Shown here: positions 35,452-44,587 of the stretch, in pieces
Numbering within the stretch: the first letter of the stretch is position 1
How the letters are laid out: the number at the start of each line of letters is the position of its first letter
DNA from: an uncultured Pseudomonadales bacterium
GTDB taxonomy: Bacteria; Patescibacteriota; Microgenomatia; UBA1400; PJMF01
Assembly (NCBI GenBank): GCA_964406075.1
Contig: CAYOQI010000001.1
Location: forward strand, 69,015-133,014
Length of the DNA: 64,000 bases
Reading direction: 5' to 3'
Made by a program: the position numbers and the translations under genes
The notes under the pieces: generated by a model
Told to the model about the DNA's origin: nothing
Seen by the model: the letters and a program-made list of their open reading frames with translations, nothing else
The model's database searches: none

Positions 35452-37257
35452 ATGACACTTCTTCCTCATGAATTCAAGAGACATTTTAAGAATAAATCAC
35501 TTATATTAGATTTTGCTGGAATTATCTTGATTTTCCTGATAAGTGTTTGGGTGCATCGAAGTCTTTTGGGTTCAATGTCCGATCATTTATTTGATTGGAA
35601 TGACTATCCTTTAATGGTTTGGGTGACTGATCAACACATTGATCATTTTTCTCGATTTGATTTCAAGAATTTTTTTCACGGAAATATTTTCTACCCTGAT
35701 TCTGAAAAGGCTCTTCTCTTTTCAGATTTGTTACTCCCTACTAGCGTGATTGGCTACTTCTTGTCTTTTTTTACACCAAACAGAATTTTGATCATGAACG
35801 TACTTTTTTTTATGACCTGGTTTCTGAATATCGTTGCAAGTTGGTGGTTATGGAAAAAATACGTTTCCGGATACTATCTTTGGTTATCAACCCTTGCAAC
35901 TTCGATGCTGCCTTTTCTGTTTCTTAATACGGCTCACTTTCAAATTCTCAATATCTGGCCGTTATTACTTGGATTTCGGTGGTTGTTGGACAATAAAATT
36001 GAAACGAAAAAAGCAGTACTTTTAGGAATAACTTCAGCATTCTTATTTACCTCCAGTGTGTATCTCTCCATCTTTTTTCTTTGGTCCATCGGCACATGGA
36101 TCATGTCATTATTGATGACACAAAAATTAAATAAAACATTTCTCTCTCGATTGTTTCTGTGGTGTATTTATTTTGGATTAACTTTTCTTTCACTTGCAGG
36201 AGTTTTTATTTATCAGTACATTCAGGTGAAAAACACACATCAGATTTCTCGTTCATATCAGGAATATATCCAGTACTCTTCTTCACTCAGTGATTATTTC
36301 TCCACCAAAAATTATCATAGTATTTTTTCTAAAAGTGACATAGGACAAGTATGGAATCAACAATTTACAATCAGTTCTTACTCGCTTTTTCCAACTTTTT
36401 CTCTGTTGGTTTTAGCCCTGTTTGGAATATGTAAGTTATATAAAAAGAAAGACGAAAATTTTTCAACAACAATATTCATGACCTTGATTATGCTTCAAGG
36501 TTTTATTTTTTCACTTGGACCAAGACTGAAATGGAATAACGAATATATCGGTTTCCCTTTGCCATATTCAGTTATATTAAAATTCATTCCGTTGGTAGAA
36601 CCCATCCGAGGCTTGAGTCGCTGGTCATTACTTTTTTTCATTGGACTGCTCTATTTTGTAATCTTAGGAATTAAGTACATATCAGATTTGAAAATCAGTG
36701 AAAACAAAAAAAATCTGCTGATACTTTTTATAGGTGTTACATATTTGATTGAAATATTACCCATTAATCGTACTGCTGCTTCGGGAGAGATTATTAGCGA
36801 TTCAAATATTTTCCTTCAAGAAAGTTGCGTGGAAAATCAACAAGTTCTTTTAGAGTACCCAATGACGTACAACCCTTTCGGAGATGTTCGAGGGATTGAA
36901 GTTCAGTTGCAGAATTGGTCTGACATGTTGATCTCTGCTTCAGGACATGACTGCGTCATGATAAATGGTTACAGTGGATTTTTTCCACCGTATTATCAAC
37001 AATTTGAAAGAACGGTCGCTGAATCAGTCGCTTCAGAAAGTTGTACATCTTTACGAAATGCTCTTACAGCTGCAGAGGTGGATTTGGTACGACTGAAGTA
37101 TGACAAACTCACTGAGGACGAAGTTCGGATACTTTCTCAATGTTTCAACACAGATGAAAAAAGGGAATTCGGGAATGAAGATCACTTGCAAGAAATTATT
37201 TTCTTAGAGCCTATCCGAGAAGTCCCTTTCGTAACGAAAGGTAAGAGGTTTGAGTAA
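35452..37257 (+). CDS. Large polytopic membrane protein, GT-C-like; paralog of 29857..31602
   Basis: Motifs HLFDWNDYPLMVW, NIFYPDSEKALLFSDLLLPT, LGPRLK...PLPYSVILKFIPLVEPIRGLSRW, VLLEYPM and INGYSGFFP are shared with the paralog. Confidence 0.5.
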   Translation: MTLLPHEFKRHFKNKSLILDFAGIILIFLISVWVHRSLLGSMSDHLFDWNDYPLMVWVTDQHIDHFSRFDFKNFFHGNIFYPDSEKALLFSDLLLPTSVIGYFLSFFTPNRILIMNVLFFMTWFLNIVASWWLWKKYVSGYYLWLSTLATSMLPFLFLNTAHFQILNIWPLLLGFRWLLDNKIETKKAVLLGITSAFLFTSSVYLSIFFLWSIGTWIMSLLMTQKLNKTFLSRLFLWCIYFGLTFLSLAGVFIYQYIQVKNTHQISRSYQEYIQYSSSLSDYFSTKNYHSIFSKSDIGQVWNQQFTISSYSLFPTFSLLVLALFGICKLYKKKDENFSTTIFMTLIMLQGFIFSLGPRLKWNNEYIGFPLPYSVILKFIPLVEPIRGLSRWSLLFFIGLLYFVILGIKYISDLKISENKKNLLILFIGVTYLIEILPINRTAASGEIISDSNIFLQESCVENQQVLLEYPMTYNPFGDVRGIEVQLQNWSDMLISASGHDCVMINGYSGFFPPYYQQFERTVAESVASESCTSLRNALTAAEVDLVRLKYDKLTEDEVRILSQCFNTDEKREFGNEDHLQEIIFLEPIREVPFVTKGKRFE

Positions 37258-37265
37258 AAAAGTGT

Positions 37266-37322
37266 TTCTCTCTCGACGCCTAGTAGCATTGCCTACTTCA
37301 GGAGAGAAGAAAGATCTTTTTT
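37266..37322. terminator. Candidate bidirectional terminator between convergent genes
   Basis: TTCTCTC (37266-37272) pairs with GAGAGAA (37302-37308), with an inner AGTAG/CTACT hairpin. T6 runs flank it on both strands (37317-37322 on plus; the complement of 37255-37260 on minus). Confidence 0.35.
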
Positions 37323-37382
37323 GCCAAACATATTGACTTGCAGTTGAATGCGAATTCTCGGATAGGCTCTTAGGTGAAAAAC

Positions 37383-38879
37383 TCAGTGAGTGAAAAAGTA
37401 ATGAACTTTCTTTTTCACTTTTGCAACGATTTTAGGGCCGTAGTTTTTATAAGCATTTTTAGGATCTTTATACATATACAGTAACTTCCAATACTTTGAG
37501 GACTTAATCTGATTTAACTCTGCTTCTAATTTTTTATTTTGAGTTCGATAAAAATGTAACTCAATATATGAATTTACTTTTGTATTTGCTTGATCTTTGG
37601 AATGTTGTCGATACTCCAAGATAGGTTCAGGCACGCGTTTCGCTTTCCAACCAGCTTTGAATATACGAAAAAACAGGTCATGATCTTCGGCTCGAGAGTT
37701 CTTTTCCTGGTACTCACCAACCTCATAAAAAACGTCTCTTCGAAACATAGATGACCCGTGAATAATATTTGCTTCTTTTTGTTTTGATAAATCTTGGGTC
37801 TCAAATTCAGGGAAATGTACAATAAAATAACTATTCCCTTTCATGCCACCTCGTCTGTCTTTCGGCATCAAATCATACATAGCACTAGCACGGGGACCAA
37901 AGAGTGCAAAGTCCGTATAGGCCACGGCAATCTCAGGATCTTTATCCAAAATTGCGGATGTTTTTTCAAGATAATCGCTTCGAAATCTATTATCTGCTCC
38001 TAAGAGCGTGATGTACGTAGTGTCAATATTTTTGATGGCTTTGTTGAAATTTTTAACAATACCAAGATTCTTTTTATTTGAAATAAATGAAATTTTTTCT
38101 GGGAATTTCTCAACATATGCTTCAGCAATTTGAGCAGTGTTGTCTGTCGAGGCATCATCGATAATCAAAATTTTATCGGCTGGTCTTGTTTGGCGTAGTG
38201 CAGACTCAATTGATTCAACCAAAAAGGTTCCGTAATTAAATGAAGGAATAATGACACCTATCGTGGCTAGAGCCACTGAAGTCGTATTCGTGGCCGTGAT
38301 TCTATTCAGTGCGAAAATATCGGTATCACTTCCTTGATTACAAGAAATACCACCTTCAAAAAGTGATTTGGTCACTTGTAGTGTTAACTCATTAAACTCA
38401 CCGTAAGGATACGCAAACCATCGAAAACCTTTTTTATCTAATTTTTTCAATTCTGCAGGAACGGTCAGCTCTTTTCTAATCGTATCCTCATCTTCAATTT
38501 TAGATAAATTTGGATGGGAGTGGGTATGCCATTGTAGACGTCCACCGAGTTTGACCAGCTCCTTTAGTTCATCAATGGTTGTAAATTCGGCATATGGTTC
38601 TACCGTATCAAACTCATTCCCTTTGCCAAGATAATCTCCACTAAGAAATAGTTCAAAAGGATAGTTAAACTTTTTCAATAATGGAGCTGCATAGGTTAAG
38701 ACATTCTGATAAATTCCATCGAAAGTAATAACCGCATGCTTGGGATTTGTTGGATCGTAGTCATCTAAATACACAACTTCGTATCCTTGTAACTCACACA
38801 GTTGTCGATAAAAGTTGTCAACATCTACCCACCACATGGTTGGAGAATCAGGAGCGATTTTGTGGTACATCAGTATCAT
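37383..38879 (-). CDS. Fusion protein: N-terminal polysaccharide deacetylase (CE4/NodB-like) plus C-terminal glycosyltransferase family 2
   Basis: The N-terminal part has ILMYHKI and VITFDGIYQNV (NodB-type). The C-terminal part has VIIPSFNYG, LIIDDASTDNT and LLGADN. Confidence 0.7.
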   Translation of the reverse strand: MILMYHKIAPDSPTMWWVDVDNFYRQLCELQGYEVVYLDDYDPTNPKHAVITFDGIYQNVLTYAAPLLKKFNYPFELFLSGDYLGKGNEFDTVEPYAEFTTIDELKELVKLGGRLQWHTHSHPNLSKIEDEDTIRKELTVPAELKKLDKKGFRWFAYPYGEFNELTLQVTKSLFEGGISCNQGSDTDIFALNRITATNTTSVALATIGVIIPSFNYGTFLVESIESALRQTRPADKILIIDDASTDNTAQIAEAYVEKFPEKISFISNKKNLGIVKNFNKAIKNIDTTYITLLGADNRFRSDYLEKTSAILDKDPEIAVAYTDFALFGPRASAMYDLMPKDRRGGMKGNSYFIVHFPEFETQDLSKQKEANIIHGSSMFRRDVFYEVGEYQEKNSRAEDHDLFFRIFKAGWKAKRVPEPILEYRQHSKDQANTKVNSYIELHFYRTQNKKLEAELNQIKSSKYWKLLYMYKDPKNAYKNYGPKIVAKVKKKVHYFFTH

Positions 38880-39418
38880 TTGATGTATACCTCCAAGCGA
38901 TGTGAAAAATCACGATAATTGTAAAAATATTGTTGAAGCAGTAAAAAAGGAAATCTTGATGTATACCAGTCATCTATGTGTACGGAAACGAGTATGCCAT
39001 TTTCCGCTAATAATTGATCTAACTTATGATAGACCAAGGTGTTACTTTTCCCGATGTACTGAGGATATAAAACTCCTGTTATTAAAATCAAATCAAATGG
39101 GCCAGACACAGTTTTTTCTAAACTGAATAAATCCCCAACTTTATATGTAATATGTTTTTTCTTGAATTTTTTAGCATCACTTTGAGCATGACGTACCGCT
39201 TTTTCTGAAATATCTATTCCAATAATTTCATCACCAGGTAAATCACGAGTCACAAAACCGTGACCACAGCCGATATCAAGCACTCTGTTGTACGTACGGT
39301 TTGGAATTTCCGTTAAAAGTATGTCTTTCCTTTTCTTATCATCAAAAGCGGTCTCATACTCCCAAGGATCATATTTGTCGTACCATTTTTCAATGTCTTG
39401 ATGAGGTTGTAGTGGCAT
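38876..39418 (-). CDS. Class I SAM-dependent methyltransferase (NodS-like)
   Basis: Motifs DPWEYETAFDDKKR, VLDIGCGHGFVT and FDLILITGVLY are present. Confidence 0.75.
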   Translation of the reverse strand: MPLQPHQDIEKWYDKYDPWEYETAFDDKKRKDILLTEIPNRTYNRVLDIGCGHGFVTRDLPGDEIIGIDISEKAVRHAQSDAKKFKKKHITYKVGDLFSLEKTVSGPFDLILITGVLYPQYIGKSNTLVYHKLDQLLAENGILVSVHIDDWYTSRFPFLLLQQYFYNYRDFSHRLEVYIK

Positions 39419-39538
39419 AGAAAACGTGGATGTACTCTAACTTTTTTCATTAAAGACGCTGTCTTTCAGCAAAGTATATCATCTTTAATAAAAGCCGGTG
39501 ATAGAATCTTTCGTCTATATGTAAAAGTAAGTTACGTA

Positions 39539-39544
39539 TATACT
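39539..39544 (+). promoter_or_regulatory. -10-like TATACT, 6 nt upstream of the ATG at 39551 (an extended -10 TGATAGAAT also occurs at 39499-39507)
   Basis: The sequence reads TATACT-AACACT-ATG. No SD is present. Confidence 0.3.
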
Positions 39545-39550
39545 AACACT

Positions 39551-40333
39551 ATGCTTCGTACTTTTTTTGAACCGTTTATCTCGTACAAATATCTGTTGTT
39601 TCAACTCACTCAACGAGAAGTGAAAGCTCGGTACAAACAGTCATTCGTGGGTTACGCTTGGGTACTTGTCAATCCACTCGCACAGTTATTCGTGTATTCG
39701 TTTGTGTTTTCACTGGTGTTTCGTTTTCCGACCGATAATATTCCGTATCCAGTTTTCTTATTTGCCACACTTCTGCCCTGGACGTTTTTTCAAACAGGAT
39801 TGATGTCTGCAACTGTCTCTTTAGTAGAAAATGGATCTTTGCTCAAAAAAGTAAAATTTCCTCGAGAAATTATTCCTTACTCTGCAATTTTAGCGAAAAT
39901 TATAGATTTCATCTTTTCATCATTGGTATTCTTACTCTTTGTCATCATGTATCAAGTTCCATTATCAGCATCGATCATATGGTTCCCAGTGCTCTTTGGT
40001 ACTCAAATATTGTTTATGACCGGTATTAGTTTTTTTATGTCAGCACTTAATTTGTTTTACAGAGATATTCAGTATTTAACAAACTTACTCCTGATGTTGT
40101 GGATGTATATGACACCGATTGTATATCCACTTTCAATGGTGCCAGAAAAATACTTGGCGTTATATAAATTAAACCCAATGGTTGGAATTATGGAAGGTTA
40201 TCGTTCAGCGATATTTGGATATCCTTTTGAGTGGGGTATTATCGGTTGGTCAATGCTTGTAAGCGTGATCTTTAGTGTCACTGGATACTTCTTTTTTAAA
40301 CGAATAGAAAAAACATTTGCAGACGCTGTGTAA
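39551..40333 (+). CDS. ABC-2-type polysaccharide export permease (Wzm/TagG/KpsM-like)
   Basis: It has the motif REVKARYKQSFVGYAWVLVNPL and six predicted TM segments. Confidence 0.8.
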   Translation: MLRTFFEPFISYKYLLFQLTQREVKARYKQSFVGYAWVLVNPLAQLFVYSFVFSLVFRFPTDNIPYPVFLFATLLPWTFFQTGLMSATVSLVENGSLLKKVKFPREIIPYSAILAKIIDFIFSSLVFLLFVIMYQVPLSASIIWFPVLFGTQILFMTGISFFMSALNLFYRDIQYLTNLLLMLWMYMTPIVYPLSMVPEKYLALYKLNPMVGIMEGYRSAIFGYPFEWGIIGWSMLVSVIFSVTGYFFFKRIEKTFADAV

Positions 40334-40361
40334 CTAAGAGACTGTTTTAATAAGGAAAAGT

Positions 40362-41105
40362 ATGTCACAACCAGCAATACAATTTAGAAATGTTACAAAG
40401 CATTTCTTTTTGCAACAAGATCGAACGATTAAAGATTTGATTCCCAGCCTGATCAAAGGTTTTGCTGTTGGTAAATCTCACAAAGTATTGTCAAAAGTTT
40501 CATTCGAAATTCAAGCGGGTGAAACGATTGCTATCGTTGGTAGAAATGGTGCAGGAAAATCAACAATCATGAAGTTGATTGCTGGGGTCACCTATCCAAA
40601 TAAAGGGAAAGTAGTTGTCAATGGCAAAGTCGCCCCATTGATTGAAATTGGAGCTGGTTTTCATCATGAGTTAACCGGATACGAGAACATTTTTTTAAAT
40701 GCTGCAATTTTAGGTTTACATAAAAAAGAAATCCAAGCAGAAATCGGAAAAATTATCGAATTTAGTGAATTGGGTGAGTATATTCATGAACCAGTCAAAA
40801 GATATTCTTCTGGAATGTATATGCGGTTAGCGTTTTCTGTTGCGATTCATACCAATGCGCCAATTTTATTAATTGATGAAGTTTTAGCAGTTGGTGACAC
40901 TTCGTTTCAAGAAAAATGTTTGATGAGATTAAACGAGATCAAACGACAGAAAGATCGCACGATTGTATTTGTTAGCCACGATGAAGATGCGGTCACTTGG
41001 TTTTGTGAACGAGCGATCCTGCTTCACCAAGGAGATCTAGTTGCTGACGATACGCCTGATAAAGTCTTTAATGCTTACCATAAAATACTTGAGAATGAAA
41101 AATAA
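40362..41105 (+). CDS. ABC polysaccharide export ATP-binding protein (Wzt/TagH/KpsT-like), short form without a C-terminal glycan-binding domain
   Basis: It has Walker A GRNGAGKSTIMK, signature YSSGMYMRLAF and Walker B LLIDEVLAVGD. It is only 247 aa long. Confidence 0.88.
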   Translation: MSQPAIQFRNVTKHFFLQQDRTIKDLIPSLIKGFAVGKSHKVLSKVSFEIQAGETIAIVGRNGAGKSTIMKLIAGVTYPNKGKVVVNGKVAPLIEIGAGFHHELTGYENIFLNAAILGLHKKEIQAEIGKIIEFSELGEYIHEPVKRYSSGMYMRLAFSVAIHTNAPILLIDEVLAVGDTSFQEKCLMRLNEIKRQKDRTIVFVSHDEDAVTWFCERAILLHQGDLVADDTPDKVFNAYHKILENEK

Positions 41106-41931
41106 TCCTTTACTTCAATACACATCAAATACCTACTCTCAGTTTGGTGAAGACGGCATTCTGACGGAAATCTTTCGGAGGATAAAACTTAATACGCCTT
41201 GGTGTGTCGAGTTTGGGGCTTGGGATGGGATAGCGTTCAGCAACACTCGGTCATTAATTGAACAAGGTTGGAACGCGGTGTTAATTGAACCTAATCCGCG
41301 GAAATTTAAAGTCTTAGTAAAAAATAATCAACAATTTCCTAAAACTCACTTACTGCAAAAATTCATTACTCTTACTGGCGAAACATCACTCGATAATTTG
41401 TTAGTAACGACGCCAATACCAAAACAATTTGATCTGCTCTCAATAGATATAGATGGAAATGATTATCACATTTGGAAAAGTATTGAAAAATATGATCCGA
41501 AAGTTGTCGTCATTGAATACAACCCCACGATTCCTCCGGATATCGAATTTATTCAGCCTGCAGATTTTTCAGTACAACAAGGAACATCATTAAAAGCTTT
41601 GTATGATTTAGCCAAAGAAAAGAAATATGAACTGATTGCCTGTACTGAAGCAAATGGTATTTTTGTCAAAAAAAAGTACTTTCCCTTATTCAACATTAAA
41701 GACAACTCACCTGAAGTAATGCAAGAGAATAAATACTTAACAAGGATATATCAATTATTTGATGGGACAATTAAAATTGAGGGGACAACAAAATTATTGT
41801 GGAGTGATATTTCATTCTCAGAAAATGATATTCAAATCTTACCGAAGTTTCTACGTCGATTTCCTGAAGGGATAAAAAATATCCTTTTTCTAAAAATGTT
41901 TCATTTTTGGAGAAATTCGTTTCGATCCTGA
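41095..41931 (+). CDS. FkbM-family methyltransferase-like protein
   Basis: Motifs QFGEDGIL, CVEFGAWDG and LSIDIDGNDY are present. The ATG at 41095 overlaps the wzt-like stop by 11 nt; the TTG at 41041 in the ORF track is probably too far upstream. Confidence 0.6.
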   Translation: MKNNPLLQYTSNTYSQFGEDGILTEIFRRIKLNTPWCVEFGAWDGIAFSNTRSLIEQGWNAVLIEPNPRKFKVLVKNNQQFPKTHLLQKFITLTGETSLDNLLVTTPIPKQFDLLSIDIDGNDYHIWKSIEKYDPKVVVIEYNPTIPPDIEFIQPADFSVQQGTSLKALYDLAKEKKYELIACTEANGIFVKKKYFPLFNIKDNSPEVMQENKYLTRIYQLFDGTIKIEGTTKLLWSDISFSENDIQILPKFLRRFPEGIKNILFLKMFHFWRNSFRS

Positions 41932-41944
41932 TACAAGAAGCCAC

Positions 41945-42601
41945 TTACTTTTTCGGAAGAATCTGGATGATGTCATCTTTAACTCTGAAGACATGATTAC
42001 GGAATTTTTTCTCAACGAACTCTTTCATTTGCATTAAAGTGGGATAATCTTCATTTCCCACGAACAAACGTGCATCATCAATTAACACGACGTGTTTTTT
42101 GACTTTATGTTCTGCTATTGAGCGCAACTCTTGCATGATTGGTGTATTCAGATCAGCTATAGCTGTTTGCCCACCCGAATAATGTGCGTCAAGCCAAAAT
42201 AAACATGGTGACTTAATCGTTTTGAGTAGTGTATTGATTTCTTTAGCACTATCTCCTTGGATACAGTGAATCTGTGGAAGTGAATGAAAAATCTTTTTCG
42301 CACGTATGAAATACTTTTCTGAAAGCTCAATCGTATAGAGCGTTGAAAATATTGACTTCACTTCACTGATCATATCTCCCATGTACGTACCGGTTTCGAT
42401 AAAAGTAGTGATGTTATATTTTTGTTGAAATCTTTTAATCGTATTCACTTTCACTAAATGAGGCGGTGGCACAGGTTTTCCATTTTTTTCCCAGTTCGAC
42501 ATCTCAAATGATTGAAAATTTCTTTTGATAAATCGCAACAATGAATGCGGAAGTTTCTCTAAAAGAGATGTCGGGAAAAACTGAAGAAGTAATGAAATCA
42601 T
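41945..42601 (-). CDS. Methyltransferase-like protein (class I fold, family unassigned)
   Basis: Motifs FIETGTYMGD, IQGDSAKE and LFWLDAHYSGG are present. Confidence 0.5.
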   Translation of the reverse strand: MISLLLQFFPTSLLEKLPHSLLRFIKRNFQSFEMSNWEKNGKPVPPPHLVKVNTIKRFQQKYNITTFIETGTYMGDMISEVKSIFSTLYTIELSEKYFIRAKKIFHSLPQIHCIQGDSAKEINTLLKTIKSPCLFWLDAHYSGGQTAIADLNTPIMQELRSIAEHKVKKHVVLIDDARLFVGNEDYPTLMQMKEFVEKKFRNHVFRVKDDIIQILPKK

Positions 42602-43806
42602 ATGCTTGTGTGAAAATACTTCAATATATTTGAATAATTTTTTACCATTGAGACTGCTTGAGAGGCAACAACGGCTGGTTTTGAGTTAATTGGCAAATAC
42701 CGATAAAGAAATGAAATAATTCTTGGATCAGCTGAGTGATTGATACTATGATACATAGTATCTTGAGCAAAATTCCCCAGTCTGTCATCAGGTAGTAAGT
42801 TTACTACACCACCAGCATGGGCTGAAGGTAGCAACATACTTGAACCATGGACACCAACAACGACTCGACTTTCCGAATAAATTTTGCATAACTTTTTTTC
42901 AGTATCAGGATTTGGTTTTTCAAACCTTTTATCTTCTATCCAATCAGGGAAACGAGTGGATTTCCCAATACCCGTAACAGTTAACTTCGCTTCAGGGAGA
43001 CTTGCTTGGATTTTTTTCATGAACCAAATAACTTGCCAGTTCTGCCACCACAACAAAACTGAGAGAATACCGATTTTTCTAAAGATGTATGTGATCGGAA
43101 AAGAAAAAAACCAAGGTCGATCTTCTCTCCAAATAAAACTGATTCGAAACTTGTCAGACATCCAATCATGTGGCTTGATCCCTGTATACTCTTCAATTTT
43201 GAGTTGATTGGGGTGAGAATAGGCTTTGCTTACGTATAACTGATCAAACCTTTTTGATTCATTTTGAATTTGATCATCAAGACTCGGATAGAATTTTTTC
43301 ATTTGTGAAAGAGATAACGAAACCACCCAAGTTTCACTGACAGCCTCAGGAACAGCCCAAACTAAAAATTCCGGGACAATCACAACGACTGGAAGTGAAG
43401 ATTCTTTCAGATGCCGTTGGACGTTGAAGAGCTTTAAGAGACAATGTCCATAGAGATAATCAAGACAATTAACGATGACCGCTTCAGAAATTTTCTTCTT
43501 TTTAATTATAGTCATTTGAACTGTCTCAGGATTTGGTTGCTGAAGTGAGTGAAGAAATGGTAAGCCGAAAAAAACTCGGGATAAAGTTGCTGGACCAAAT
43601 AACCGGTTGTTCTTTTTATCAAAAATGTAGGAGTCATACTGTGCATGACCTACTGGTAAATCTGTGATGATTTCTTCATCACAATTTTTGCAGACGGATT
43701 TTACCCCAACGTGAATACCTTGCCAAAAAATTTTTCCTTTTGGCAGTACTTCCAAACAGTACGGACATTTCCAGGAATAATCGATCTCAGGAGAAATTTT
43801 AATCAT
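42598..43806 (-). CDS. Hypothetical protein with an N-terminal zinc ribbon and a GT61/DUF563-like C-terminal motif (candidate glycosyltransferase)
   Basis: The N-terminus has CPYC...(20 aa)...CKNC. The C-terminus has VVGVHGSSMLLPSAHAGGVVNLLP, which resembles the GxHGAGLTN...ViEl.P motif. Confidence 0.4.
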   Translation of the reverse strand: MIKISPEIDYSWKCPYCLEVLPKGKIFWQGIHVGVKSVCKNCDEEIITDLPVGHAQYDSYIFDKKNNRLFGPATLSRVFFGLPFLHSLQQPNPETVQMTIIKKKKISEAVIVNCLDYLYGHCLLKLFNVQRHLKESSLPVVVIVPEFLVWAVPEAVSETWVVSLSLSQMKKFYPSLDDQIQNESKRFDQLYVSKAYSHPNQLKIEEYTGIKPHDWMSDKFRISFIWREDRPWFFSFPITYIFRKIGILSVLLWWQNWQVIWFMKKIQASLPEAKLTVTGIGKSTRFPDWIEDKRFEKPNPDTEKKLCKIYSESRVVVGVHGSSMLLPSAHAGGVVNLLPDDRLGNFAQDTMYHSINHSADPRIISFLYRYLPINSKPAVVASQAVSMVKNYSNILKYFHTSI

Positions 43807-44576
43807 TTCTTTTTTCGTAAGTGGTAAAGTCCAGTACCAAATCCTTTTTGGGCATCATATGAATCAAAAAGTTCTTTCCCATAAATGTATTTTTCTTCTA
43901 CCAAAGCCATTTTCGGAAAAAGTGACAAAAAATATTCTTTCGTAAAACTTCGATGTGCATTGAAATAGACCTTGTTTTCTCGATCAATCGGAACAGAAAT
44001 ATATAAATTACCATTTTTTTTGAGCACTCTTTGCAGTTCCTTTACTGCTTTTTCAGTGCCAAACGAATCAATAGGATCACCATATCTTCCTAATCCGATG
44101 TGTTCAACGACACACAGTGATGAAAGACTTTCAATTGAATTGTCTTGGAATGGTAGTTTTAAAATACTCCCTTCAATAAATGAAAGACTTTCTAGCTTAA
44201 GCTCAATCGGCCGAATATCAATCAAAGTAACTGGAATGCTTTGAGCAATGATTGCCATTGATTTTACATTCGAACCCACATCAAAATGCTTGGTTGGATT
44301 GGAGTGAAATATTTTTTTAGCTGCCCATGTATCTTGAAAAAAATAAGTAGGCTCAAGGTAGGTAGTCGTAGTTTTGTCTACTAAATATGGATACAAGGAA
44401 GAAAAACGAATTTGTGCATGTTTATTTTGTTGTAAATTTTTAAACTTGAAAATGTCAGAAAAGTACCAACTCAAAGATGCTAAATAACTAAAAATATTCA
44501 TGTGATACTGATCCTTCAATGCAGACCAGAAGTAAAACATGGTTCTTAGCCAACCAACTTGCTGTAATCTTTTCAT
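43803..44576 (-). CDS. DUF268-type SAM-dependent methyltransferase
   Basis: The motifs FDVGSN and VVEHIGLGRYGDPID are present. The ATG at 44576 lies 11 nt after the wzx-like stop; the ORF-track start at 44732 overlaps that gene. Confidence 0.65.
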   Translation of the reverse strand: MKRLQQVGWLRTMFYFWSALKDQYHMNIFSYLASLSWYFSDIFKFKNLQQNKHAQIRFSSLYPYLVDKTTTTYLEPTYFFQDTWAAKKIFHSNPTKHFDVGSNVKSMAIIAQSIPVTLIDIRPIELKLESLSFIEGSILKLPFQDNSIESLSSLCVVEHIGLGRYGDPIDSFGTEKAVKELQRVLKKNGNLYISVPIDRENKVYFNAHRSFTKEYFLSLFPKMALVEEKYIYGKELFDSYDAQKGFGTGLYHLRKKK

Positions 44577-44587
44577 AAAAAAGTATT

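Noticed and set aside
41041-41105. A 65-nt overlap between the wzt-like gene and the next ORF, plus long N-terminal extensions in the ORF track at 44577-44732, 45935-46039, 52409-52456 and 8708-8770. These were considered as possible frameshifts or fusions.
   Set aside because: In each case an internal ATG gives a protein with a normal family N-terminus and removes or shrinks the overlap. They are artefacts of choosing the longest ORF or an alternative start.
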